A DNA stretch of 64,000 bases. Origin: Callorhinchus milii. Lineage: Eukaryota. The first letter of the stretch is position 1. Each line of letters opens with the position of its first letter. Under the pieces are notes generated by a model. That model made no database searches and was not told the DNA's origin. It was given only the letters and a program-made list of their open reading frames with translations. The stretch spans positions 9,054,001-9,118,000 of the forward strand of contig NW_024704743.1 in assembly GCF_018977255.1 (NCBI RefSeq). The letters are read 5' to 3'. The position numbers were made by a program, and so were the translations under genes. This document shows, piece after piece, positions 40,895 through 52,950 of the stretch.

Positions 40895-41670
40895 CTTCTC
40901 TTATGAAGGAAACACAGTGGAATGAGATAGGGCTGTTTTCACTGGAACGGAGAAGGTTGAGAGGAGACATGATAGAGGTGTTGAGAATTAGGAAAGATTT
41001 TATACGGCAAAACTATTTCCACTCATTTCTTAGGTAATTAGAAGGTATCCGTTTTAAAATTGTTACCGAAAGAATATGTTTTTTCACATGCAGGGCTATC
41101 AATACATGAAATGGTCTGTCAAAATGAATGGTTGATGCACAATGTATTAAATGTATAATAATAATCCTTGGATTTGATATCATATCTTTGAGATGTCTCA
41201 AAGCGCTTCATAGTAAAGTGAATTCACTGTAAAGTGAATTGACTGTATATTTTGTAGGTGAAATGCAGCAGCCAATTGTACACAGCAGTGTCCCACAAAT
41301 CGTCGTGGATTGAAGTGACCCAATTTTTTTTTGAAGGAATTATTATCCCCAGAAAAGTGATCCGCCAATCGACTAACAATTGGGTTTCCACTTACTGCTA
41401 AATAAACAAAGGTGTGTGGAGTAAGGAAACTTGCCCAATGTTTCACCCTGCCGGGAATCGAACCCAGGTCTCTCACTTGTGAGGTGAGTGCTCTAACCAC
41501 TGAGCTACAGGACTACAATTATATATAATAGGTTTTAAAAGGGAATTAGACTAATATTTGAATATATCGGGAAAAGGCAAGAGAATGGGACTAAATGGAT
41601 AGCTCTACAGGGAGCCAGCGCAGAGACAAATGACCTCCTCCTGTGCTGTAAAATTCAATGATTCTATGTG
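40895..41670 (+). mobile_element. CR1 3' end interrupted by a SINE B
   Basis: GLFSLERRRLRGDMIEVLRI; 3' tail cctcctgtgctgtaaaattcaatgattctatg. Confidence 0.8.
41155..41516 (-). mobile_element. SINE family B, full length
   Basis: Intact head, body and tail; flanks atgtataata / atatataata are a probable TSD. Confidence 0.9.
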
Positions 41671-42240
41671 CAGACAGCACATTTTAATGAACTAATAATG
41701 GAAACCATGTCTCGATATTATTTGAGCTGTGAAGTGTTTCTAGTAGAAAATACAAGCAAAAAAAAGGCAAATGCAAAGCGCCTGCAAACTCATCTATTCA
41801 GGTGTGAATAGAATTTACTTTGTAGACTTGTGATTTCTTTGCTTTTTTAAAAACAAAGATTTATAATGAGGAGCCCTATTAATTGAAAGCTTTAACTTTT
41901 AAAGAAGGGCAAGTGAAAAAGTATTCATTGCGATATTGAGTGCGGGAAGGGGAAAGAAAATGAAAAATGTTGCATTGTTGCTTCCCTCACACAATTTAAC
42001 TCCTTTATTTCAATGATTTGTCCAAATGTGTCCCATCCACCATTGGTTATTAGGACAGTACTGGGCCGGGACACTTGACATCAGGCTCCAACCTAAACCG
42101 ATGGCTAAAATCTGTTACAAACGGTTTTGTAATGGGATTTCCAGTTACAAAGGGATTTCTCATTATAAAGACAAAACAAACACATTAATTATGTTTATAG
42201 TGTTCTATGTGAAATACACCCGACATTTGCTGTAGCTTAT

Positions 42241-42287
42241 AGCACAATTTTACCTTTAAAGCTACAGCACAATTTTACCTTTAAAGC
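42241..42287. repeat. Tandem duplication, period 25 bp (agcacaattttacctttaaagc)
   Basis: Read directly. Confidence 0.9.
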
Positions 42288-42949
42288 CTTACTTGCATTA
42301 TAAACAAAATACTTTCAAGCCCCACTTTGTTTATTTGAACACTCATTAACTCCTGTGAAGAGCTTTGAGATGTCCTTCTGATGTTAAAGGTGCCATATGA
42401 AATGCAAGGATTGTCATTTGATATAGACTATAATCGTGTGGTGCATTTGACACTTTCGCAAGTCGGAATGTCTCAAAGTGTTAAGCACAATGAATTACTA
42501 TATAACTCTGGGAAAGTTATAGAGGCATATAATCCGCATCAGCAACAGCCAAGAAACACCAATGAGATGAACCCAATTCATTGATCATTGTTAATGCATG
42601 TAATCTGGGAATCTTTAACAATGTTTTACTTGCCCTAATGGTTTCGCTGCTAATTTTAGCCAGTGAGGAATAAGGGCACTCAAACTGGTTTTAGTCGGAC
42701 TGTTTTGTGTACCGGAATGTAAATCAACCATCCTATTCCTGATCACTATTAGTGGCCCTTTTGGAAATTAAGTGTGTGTGTATACAGGACAACCCTATTA
42801 TAACAAGATCAATGCATTCAAGAGGAAGCTAGACCTTCACATGAGGGAGAGGGGATGGGTGAAGATTCGCGTGGAATATGTTTCCATGCTGTACATTCTT
42901 TGTGAATCCAGATCCCCTATCTTTTGTGTCGTGACTGACATGACGCACA

Positions 42950-43290
42950 TTATAATAATCCATGCATTTGATATAGTTCCTTTTATGTCAGAAGGACATC
43001 TCAAAGCGCTTCATAGAAATTATGTGAAGCGCCTATATATTTTGTAGAGAAATAGAGCAGCCAATTTGCAGACATCAATGAAGTGAACAGCCAATTTTAT
43101 TTGGGGGATTGTTATCCAGGATACTAGGAGAAACTGCTTTCTTGTTTTGAACAGTGTCATGAGATCTTTAACATTCAAACTGAATAGGCAGCCTGGACCT
43201 CAGTTCAATGACCCATCTGAGGGACAGCATCTCCAACAGTAAAGTACACAACCAGAACTGCACTGGAGCATCAGCCTAAACTGTGAGCTG
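42950..43290 (-). mobile_element. SINE family A, 5'-truncated
   Basis: Body and tail homology. Confidence 0.8.
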
Positions 43291-44464
43291 TTGACACTCA
43301 TTCTCCTGGCTCACACAAAAAGAGTCCTCACTTGGCTTAGTATGATACTCATTGCCTGCGGCAGTGTACTCCAGGGAATAGTCAGTATTTTCAAGAAAGG
43401 AGTGAAAGAAAACAGGAGCAAAGTGGTTGGAGGCAGGGAGTAAAGATGAAGAGGAGGATAGGTGAGGGTTCTATGAAGAAAGAAAATGTGCATTTGAAGC
43501 TGCAAAAGTATTGAGAATGCCGAAGGCTTTTTATTCCCATGTTTTGATTTAACTTGAGTAACCCAAATACATGCTCGGGCTCTGAAGGTGTTTTATGAAA
43601 GATAATGCATCCAGTAGTAAATAACTGCTCTAATTGCCAAAACCCGAAGGCTTCTCAGAGGATGTTTCTTTGTAGCAAGCAATACAGATGGAGTGGGGCT
43701 TCTGGCCACCGGCCTTTATCTGGTTTTACCAGACATCAAATAAAGCAAAGTAAAATGGCCATCTCTGTGGCTCGGCCGCCAGGCTCACTGAACACTGGAT
43801 CATCAACGCATTTGGGAGCAAATGTCATTCTGATATTAAACAGTATTTTAAAAAGCCATGATGTACTTTGGCACCAGAGTGTTCCACTTCACTTAGATTT
43901 TTACCGACGGAAATAAACACAGCTTGAGACGATGGACCCTCTGCACCGCGCAGCACTGGATGTGCACAATTTTACACTAATGCATCCTAAAGTCCAGAAA
44001 TGAGCAAAAGATTCAGAGTTGACCGATTTATTTCCGAGGCACCATACTGTAACAGTACTTTTTTGTCATCTCCTGCTGCTCTGCCCTGAATCTGCGAGTC
44101 TTGCTAATTTCAGCTGAACTAGGTCACTCTGAGGCACAGTCTATAACCATGTAAACAGTCAATTCATGGCCATGAGAACAACAGTGACTTCCAGAGACAG
44201 TGAAGTTGTGGCAGAACGAACAGACCCTGAGCACAACTCAGCAGGAAGCATCAGCACAGCAGTGTACTAGATGCACCCGAAGGCAAGGTTATTTCTCTTT
44301 GGTTAGTCGGGTGTCTGACACACGCAAAAAACATCACTGTGCTTAGGAACACACAAACCAAATGGAGGAGCATTCCATATGTATAAGGAAATCTCCCTTT
44401 GTCCCTTCCAGGATTTCCCAGCAGTGAGCTGTTTGTTAAATAGAAATATTTTTGTGGCACCTTC

Positions 44465-44615
44465 CCTGAACCCGTGCTCTCTCGTCCTGCTGACTTGGCA
44501 TATCTGAAAGTATTGTTCTGCAATTCCTTCCTCAATCCCATTTAGCATTTTATGTACCTCAACAAGGTCCCCTCCAGGATATAGCTTTTGAAGGCTGAAG
44601 AGCCCTCATACTTCA
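44465..44615 (-). mobile_element. Old CR1 ORF2 C-terminal fragment
   Basis: GLFSLQK...GDLVEVHKMLNG...YFQI...RTREHGFR. Confidence 0.7.
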
Positions 44616-45078
44616 TCTCTCACTGGCCACAAGTTTTGAAATCCATCTGCCAAAAACATTACTGTCCATTCCTGAATTTTATTTTAAAACAAACAGCTGT
44701 GCATGAAATCTTTCCAGAGGATATTTTAGACCAGACTTGATATTTTTAATAGTTTTGACCAGCAGCCAAGTCAGACCAATTAAACAAGGGAAGTGGCCAC
44801 TTTAACCTCTACACTGGGCCATTAATATCCACCATTCCTCTGCACGGGAATCGTGCAAAGCCTTCCATTTTTCACCAACTCACAATTACATACATGTTGA
44901 ATAATCTATTTCTCCTGGTGCCTTTAATTTAGCTATATTTGCATTCTGATGTTTTTCAGGAGATTAAAAGGGCCCCAAAAAATATTAAAACTTACTTTGA
45001 CTTTATTTTTAATTTAGCGTGTCTAATTCTTTCTCCTCAATGGTATACATCTCTCTGCTCCTGTTCTCCCTCCCTCAT

Positions 45079-45102
45079 CACACACACACACACACACACA
45101 CA
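45079..45102. repeat. (CA)n microsatellite
   Basis: Read directly. Confidence 0.95.
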
Positions 45103-45254
45103 AAACAAGTGGATGGTGTGTTTTGTACAGGGACTAGGAGCAGGAACTTTAGCTGATCATTCCCCTCCCTAATCCAAGAAAGGCCATGGCAAATTTAACC
45201 TCCCCCATCGAACTCCGACTAAAACCAGCACAGACTGGGATTTGAAACAGCGAA

Positions 45255-45560
45255 CATCCTACCCGCCCCACCATTCGTCAGTCGGGCCTTTCTGCTCCCA
45301 ACTTCTGGAACTCCATCCCAGAGTCACTTCGCCTCATCCCCTCCCTTGCCTCCTTCAAGGCCCATCTCAAGACCTTCCTCTTTGACCGTGCCCTCAGTCA
45401 CCTTTCCACCCACTCTCCTTGGTCCCCATCCTCTCGAATCCAAACCCCAGCTTGGATACAAATCCTTAACTGTCCAGCACCTTGGGATGTCCTCCCAAGA
45501 TACTGGGCAGTTAAGGGTTTGTATCCAAGGAGCTATTTAAATGCAATTTGTTATTGCTGC
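45255..45560 (+). mobile_element. L2 3' end containing a foldback duplication
   Basis: tggaactccatccc...ctcaagaccttcctctttgaccgtgcc; tail aaatgcaatttgttattg. Confidence 0.85.
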
Positions 45561-47924
45561 TGCAACTCTATCCACTACACCTTTGCTTCCGTTACCTTCA
45601 CTTTAATGGATTCATAAGTACAATGGTTGACTTGTATGAAAATATGGAGCCATTAAGCAAAACGGAAGGCCCATTTAGTGAAAAAAAATCAGGTGCAAAA
45701 TAAATGGGTTTCTAGTGGATAAGTATTATAATAATATAATAATCCTTGCATTTGTTATAAGGCTTTTCATGTTTTCTAGGCATCTCAAAGTGCTTCACAG
45801 AATTATAAACCAAGTGCGCAATATATTCAATGGGTTCATATGATGACAAATTCTCAAAGAACAGTTTCCAATTGTTTGAAGCACAGAGCACATTGACTTG
45901 CTACTCCCCACAAGGTAACCAGCACTTTATGCAACATTTACACATGAACTTGTAGAGCTTTTTTGGTGATAAAGTATATAAAAAAAAATCCTTCACTCTT
46001 CAAGCTGGTTGGCAAAAGCAAGGTGATTGCCATGGCTGGTAATGCAATATCATTATGCCATTAATATGATGCAATTCATGCAAGAGATATCACAGTTCAT
46101 TAAATAGTTGAGGCTGGTGCTAGCTGGCTATTTATTTGCAACCATGGAGAGACCAGCAGCAATGTACTGTTTTCCCAAAGATCTGCCCATTTCCCCAGCA
46201 GGTGCTATTTTAAAACCACTGGGTCAACATCTGTGCAGTACTACCAGGGCAGAACTCAATTACAACCCCTGCCAGCATCCTCCTCCACAGTACATAGCAA
46301 GCAGGTCTGTTAAAAAGGCTTTTAAAGACCAGGTTTATTCAACTTAAATGAGCTCTACAGGAACCACACACCTTATATGCGATACTCATGTTGCATATAC
46401 AACAACAACAACTTGGATTTATATAGCGCCCTCCACGCCGGACGGCGTCTCAGAGCGCTTTATGGTAGAAAAGGGCACACGATGCTCTCTTATCATGAAC
46501 CGTTGAAATGACATAACAAAATGCCATTTAGTCCATCGAGCTCCCCAAATAAGAGTAGTATTTGTATTGGAACCACCCAACACCGTTAGATGTAAATGCC
46601 CTCATCTTTCTATCTCTGCATTGCCCGAGGAGATCCTAAATATACAGTCCCTGGCTGTCAACGCATATTCTGCTGGTTCTGGGTTTGTTGTTTGGGTTTG
46701 GACTTCAAGGGCAAGGAGGGGGAAGGATAACTGAAATATGTGCAGAATAACTTTCTGGATCAGTATGTTTCCAGCCCAATGAGGAAGGAAGCAGTGCTGG
46801 ATCTAGTTCTGGGGAATGAAGTTGGGCAAGTGGAGCAGGTTTCAGTAGGAGAGCATCTGGACAACAGTGATCACATCATTAGGTTTACAGTACTTATGGA
46901 AAGGGACAAGAAACAATCAAAGGTGAAGATACTCAACTGGAAGAGGACTAATTTCAGTGAGTTTAAAAAAGGACCTAACCAAGGTGGACTGGAAAGACTG
47001 GCAGTTAAAATAGCTAAGGAGCAATGGGAAGCTTTCAAGGAGGAGATAGTTTGGGGAGAGAAAAAATACATTCCCACAAAGGGGAAAGGTAGGGCATCCA
47101 AACCTCTCTGGATGACTAAGGAAATTGGGATTAAAATAAAACAGAAAAAGGAGGCTTATGATAAATGTCATGTCGAAAATACAGAAGATAATCAAATAGA
47201 ATATAGAAAGTACAGAGGAGAACTGAAAAGGGAAATAAGAGGGGCAAAGAGATTATATGAGAAAAGATTAGCAGGTAAAATAAGAGGGAACCCTAAGGTA
47301 TTTTATAAGCATATAAAGAATAAAAGCTCAGTCAGAGGTAGGGTGGGGCCAGTTAGGGAGCAAAGAGGAAATCTTTTTGTGAAGGCAGAGGCTGATGTAC
47401 TGAATGAGTACTTTGTATCTGTCTTCACAAAAGAAGAGGATGCAGCCAATGCCACAGTATTGGAGAGGATAGAGAAATTGGATAAGAATAAACCGAGAGG
47501 AGGTACTAAAAAGGTTGACAGTGCTCAAGGAAGAAAGTCACCTGGTCCAGACAGGATGCAGACTAGGTTATTGAGGGAAGTAAGGGTGGAAAAAGCAGAG
47601 GCTCTGGCCACAAGCTTTCAATTCTCCTTGGACACCAGGGTGGTGCCAGACGACTGGAGGGTTGCAAATGTTACTCCCCTGTACAAAAAGGGGCAGAAGG
47701 ATAAACCTCAGAACTACAGACAAATCAGCCGAAACATCAGTAGTGGGGAAACATCTTGATGTAATCTGGGGAAAAAATTGTTTTCACATGACAGGCAACA
47801 CAAATTTGTTAAAGGCAAATCATGTCTAACAAACCTGATAAGAGTTTTTTGATGAAGTAATGGAGAGGGTGGCTGAAGGTAGTGCAGTTGATGTAGTTTA
47901 TATAGATTTTCAAAAGGTGTTTGA

Positions 47925-48123
47925 GATAATAATCCATCAAGATAAAAAACAACAATAAAAGTGGTCACTTCAGTCCATGACTGTTTGTGGGACACTGTTT
48001 GGCGCAATTAGCTGCCGCATTTTGCCCACAAGTATACAGTCAATTCACTTTCCAGTATATTCTGTGAAGCGCTAGAAAACGTGAAAAGTACTATATCAAA
48101 TGCAAGGATTATTATTATTATTA
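47925..48123 (+). mobile_element. 5'-truncated SINE B inserted in the CR1 RT
   Basis: Splits CR1 gattttcaaaaggtgtttga|taaagtgccacat (DFQKxFDKVPH); ends in (ATT)n. Confidence 0.9.
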
Positions 48124-48337
48124 TAAAGTGCCACATAAGAGACTTGTAAGCAAATTAGAAGCCATGGTATTAAAGGGACAGTGGCAGCATGGATACAGAA
48201 CTGGCTGGGAGACAGAAAGTAGAGAGTGGTGGTGAACGGTTGTTCTTCTGACTGGAAGGAAATGTGCAGTGGTGTCCCCCAAGGGTCAGTATTCGGACCA
48301 CTGCTGTTTTTGATCCATATAAATGACCTGGATTTGG

Positions 48338-49449
48338 CTTTTCCTCCAGCCCCCGCACTGTTTCGTGCAGTGTCCCTCAGGGGTCTGTCCTCGGTCCCCT
48401 CCTCTTCACCCTCTATATGCTCCCCCTGTGGTGACATCATCCGCAGACATGGGGTTAACTTCCACATGTATGCGGATGACACCCAACTCTACCTTTCCTC
48501 CTCTACCCTTAACTCCACTACCACCAATGTCCTGACAGCCTTCCTGTCCGACATCGAGTCCTGGATGAGAGACAACTTTCTTCAGCTCAACATGCGCAAA
48601 ACTGAGGCCCTCCTGATTGGCTCACGTCAGCGCCTCCGCACCTCAGGCGCTGACAGCATCAGCATCCAAGGCTGCACTCTCCACCTCTCAAAGTCAGTCA
48701 GGAACCTCGGGGTTCTGTTCGACCCTGAGCTGTCCTTTCTTCCTCATATCCGCGCCACAACTGGCACCGCCTTCCATCACCTCCGAAACATCGCCAGACT
48801 ACGGCACTACCTCACCCCTCACGCTGCTGAAACTCTGGTCCACGCCTTTATCACCTCAAGGCTGGACTATGGGAACTCTCTCTTCGCCGGCCTTCCCGGC
48901 ACCTCTCTCCACAAGCTGCAGGTCATTCAGAACTGTCCCGCACCAGGCTTCGCGACCACATCACTCCCACCCTCGCTCGCCTCCACTGGCTCCCCATCCC
49001 CCAGAGGATCGAATTCAAGATCCTCATCCTCACCTACAATGCCATTCACAGCCTTGCTCCCTCCTACCTCTCCGACCTACTATCCCCCTACTTACCTGCC
49101 CGTACCCTCCATTCCTCTGGCTCCGGTCTGCACCACATCCTCCGCCCCAACCGCCCTACCATCGGTGGCCGGGCCTTCAACCTCTCAGCCCCGAGGCTCC
49201 AGAACTCTATCCCCCAGTGCCTTCGCCGCTTCCTCCCTTTCCTCCTTCAAGGCCGGTCTCAAGACCTTTCTCTTTGGCAGTGCGTTCAGCTCCCCTCTCG
49301 ACTCTCTAACCCCTCCTCGTTCCCTCCCTTCCCTCCCCTCACCCTAATCATTTCCCCCTGCTCGGGTCCTGACCCAACTGTACAGCGCCTTGGGACGTCC
49401 TCCCGACGTGAAAGGCGCTCTATAAATGAAATCTTGTTGTTGTTGTTGG
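48338..49449 (+). mobile_element. L2 LINE, 5'-truncated (RT C-half to 3' end), inserted in CR1
   Basis: [50 protein letters not shown]; (TTG)n tail. CR1 resumes at 49450; TGG is present on both sides. Confidence 0.95.
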
Positions 49450-50594
49450 TGGGTATAGGGAGTCCAATTTCCAAGTTTGCAGATGATACTAAGCGAGGAA
49501 AAGTAGTAAACTGTGAGGAGGATAGTAGCAGACTGCACAAGGACATAGACAGACTGATAAAATGGGCAGACACGTGGCAGATGAAGTTTAATATGGAGAA
49601 ATGCGAAGTGATGCAATCTGGGAGGAAGAATGAGGAGAGGCAATATAAAATATAAGATAGTAAAATCTTAAAGGGGGTGAAGAAACAGAGAGACCTGGGG
49701 ATTCATATAAGTAAATCTTTGAAGGTGGCAGGACAGGTAGATTAAAGCTGTTAAAAAAGCATACAGGATACTAGGCTTTATAAATAGGGACATAGAATAC
49801 AGATGGCAGGAAGTTATGACGAACCTTTATGAAACACTGGTTAGGCCTCAGCTAGAGTACTGTGCTCAGTTCTGGGCATCACACTTTAGGAAGGATGTCA
49901 AGGCATTAGAGAGGATGTAAAGGAGATTTACCAGGATGGTACCAGAAATGAGGGACTTCAGTTATCAGGAGAGGCTAGAGAAGCGAGGATTATTCTCCTT
50001 GGAGCAGAGAAGGTTAAGGGAAGATATAATAGAGGTGTTCAAAATTATGGGGGGATTTGATAGGGTGAACAAGGAAAAACTATTTTTACTGGCGGGTGGG
50101 TCGGTAACACAAGGTCACTAATTTAAAATGGTTGTTAAAAGAAACAGGGGAGGTGAGGAGAATTTTTTTTACAGTGAGTTGTTTGGATCTGGAATGCATT
50201 GCCTGAAAGGGTGGTGGAAGCCGATTCAATTACAACTTTTAAGAGACAAGTAGATAATTAATTGGGGAGGACAAGTTTGCAGAACTACGGGGAGATAGCA
50301 GGGTAGTGGGATTGATTTGGATAGCTCTTTTCGCAGGCATGATGGGTCGAATGGCCTCGTTCTGTGCTGTATAATTCTATGATTCAACTCTGGACTCGAA
50401 CCTGTTCCCTTTGTCGCTCAGGAGTCACGCTCTTTTCCTCTGACTGCAAGAGTTGGTGATAGCTCGCCTCTGTTCTGGCTCTTCAGTCGTCTTTTTGAAA
50501 CCGATTCACGGTTTCAGATTTTAAAAGAATCAAAATAATTCCACCATCCCTCCCGCTCCCCCAACCTGCAAATCCAAATGATAAACTCAAATAC

Positions 50595-50949
50595 AATAAT
50601 AATATCCTTGCATTTGATATAGTGCCTTATCACGTTGTTGAGGCATCTCAAAGTGCTTCACAGAATATATTGTAAAATGGATTGACTGCATTTTGTGGCA
50701 GAAATAAGACAGCCAATTGCGCACAGTCCCACAAACAGTCGTGCATTGCTTACCAATTTTTTTTGGAGGGATTATTACCCCAGAAAGCGATCAACCAATC
50801 GACTAACAATCAGGTTCCTACTTACTACTAAGTAAACAGAGACATGTGGAGTAAAGAAAAACTTGTCTAAGGTTTTGTCTCACCCAGGAATCAAACCCAG
50901 ATCCTCTTGCTTGCGAGGTGAGTGTGCTACACTAGGCTACAGGACTCCA
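50595..50949 (-). mobile_element. SINE family B, full length
   Basis: Head, body and tail present. Confidence 0.88.
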
Positions 50950-52559
50950 CTAAGGAAGTAAAGACAGAAAGCCATCCTACTCAGGCTTACAGATCAGTCC
51001 TCTGAATAAATTAGCCTGCTTCATGACTGATATTAGAAAACAGCCGAAAGTGCCATGGGGGTAGCTTTGTATAGTATACAGACGCACAGTGGAGAAATGA
51101 CATCCTGGACTTACGAATACACAGCCCGCCAGGTTTATAAGCAGACTACATGTATAATTTTGCTCCTGCAGTTGTAAAAGGTCTGAAGGGATTATGGAGC
51201 TGCATAACCTTATCTCCTTGTGCCACAGCTTTCTCACTGTAATTGATGCCCCAGTTCCCAAATTTCACATAAACCAGGCCGTAGTGATATTGTGTGCAGC
51301 AATCTAACTACTGGCAGAAACAGGAAACCACTCCAAACTCAGATCAATAGCCATGTCATCACTAAGCCACCTAATTTAATTCTGCCTATCTCATCTTGAG
51401 AAAGTTGAATTTGTAGAGCAGTTTCAGTGCCGATTCTGTCCCCCCCACCCCACCCACTGCCCCTCTGCAACAGGAAATGGTGAGAATAGAAAAAAAAGTC
51501 TATTTTCAAGAAGTATGAGGGGTAACATTACTCTAATGTTTATTTAGTGGACTGGCTGTTCAAAGGAGCTTGCAAAATGGCAGCAAAGCAAACAATGGAC
51601 TTGCAGGATCTTCGCACAAGGGCTTAGAACAATGATTTCTCATTTGGTCGCCCAGTAAGAAGCCTCTGTATTGCAGTTAATCTGAGCAATGAGATGTACT
51701 CAATGTCTTTCATCCTGAAAGACAAGTAAAATAAAATCGATGGGGCAACAGGGCAAACATTCATATTCTTGCAAACTGCAAGCAGAGTAATAAATGTGTG
51801 ACCCAGGCCATCGTTGGAAACCCGATTCTTGTACTGCTTTTGGAAGTAATATCTGGCTTCTGGACACTGTTTCCTGTAATTAAATCAAACTGACATGTCT
51901 AGTCCATTTAGCTTTTCCAGACTATGTAATGTGATTTTCACAGTCATAAAAACAAAATTCTTGGTTAAGGAGGTTAACGGACACTCCTAGATGACCAGGA
52001 ACTAAGTATTTGGCGCATGTTTGTGGGACATGTGTCGGTTGTAGGCAATGCATCAAACTGTAAGCACCTCCCAATTTACACTTTACACTTAGAGAACAGT
52101 CTGCTGTATTCAATACAATTTGCATTGTTATAGCACTTCTTCATATACTGGATGTGGTTGGAAGCCAAACAAGGCACAGTGTAGTGGCCGGAGGAACGCT
52201 CGAAAAGGTAGGATTTGAAGAGGGACAAAGACACAAAGAAAAGGAGTGAGATGGAATGGTTAATGGAGGGAGTTCCAGGGTATAGGAACCGATGGTGGGC
52301 ATGGAGAGGACAGCGATGCTTGGCGGAGGATTAGCTTGGCTTACTTGGCTTAAGTTCTTACTTCAGGTGATTTCTTTTTTATATATAAATCTGTGTCCAA
52401 TTATTTTTCTTATTTTTCTCCCCACTGGCATATGCTCCTGGTCTGGCCTTCTCAAGCTGGTTGTCCTTTAGTACCATAGTCGAATGACCATTACTTATGT
52501 GTAAGCCTTAGCAGTGAGAGGGGCTCTGGGAAACTACTCTCCAATCAAATCTACTTTTT

Positions 52560-52950
52560 TAATAATAATCCTTACATTTGGTATAACGCCTTTCATATCA
52601 GGATGATGTCTCAATATGCTTCACAGGATATACTGTAAAGTGTAGTGACTGCATTTTGTAGGCGAATACAGCAGCTAATTGCTCACAGTGATGTTCCCCA
52701 AACAATCATGAAGTGTGTGAACAACTTTATTTGGAGGATTTGTTGGTCAGGACACTGGGAGAAAATCCCTTCTCTTGTCAAATTGTGTCATGGAATCTTT
52801 AACGTCACTTTAACAGGCAGACGGACCTTGGTTTAACATCTCATCCGAAGGATTGCACCTCCCAAAACTGCACCACGTACCCAATACTGCATTGGAGTGT
52901 CAGCCTAGACTACATAAATTCCAAGTCTCAAATTGGGGCTGGACCCATAA
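52560..52950 (-). mobile_element. SINE family A
   Basis: Body and tail homology. Confidence 0.8.

Larger units (their letters stand above)
46705..50385 (+). mobile_element. CR1 LINE (end of endonuclease to 3' tail) with nested SINE B and L2
   Basis: ORF 46740-47759 (LDLVLGN...SDH, KVFYKHIK, KSPGPD, VPDDWRVANVTPLYKKG), [26 protein letters not shown]; tail attctatgattc. Frameshifts and stops show it is inactive. Confidence 0.95.

Noticed and set aside
44060..44120. Minus-strand KTRRFRAEQQ resembling PARD3 KTREFRERQ
   Set aside because: No continuation to ARERDYAEI or LYAQVKK; chance similarity.
46740..47759. 339-aa ORF as a host gene or active retroelement
   Set aside because: Internal CR1 ORF2 remnant: 5'-truncated, followed by frameshifts and two nested insertions.
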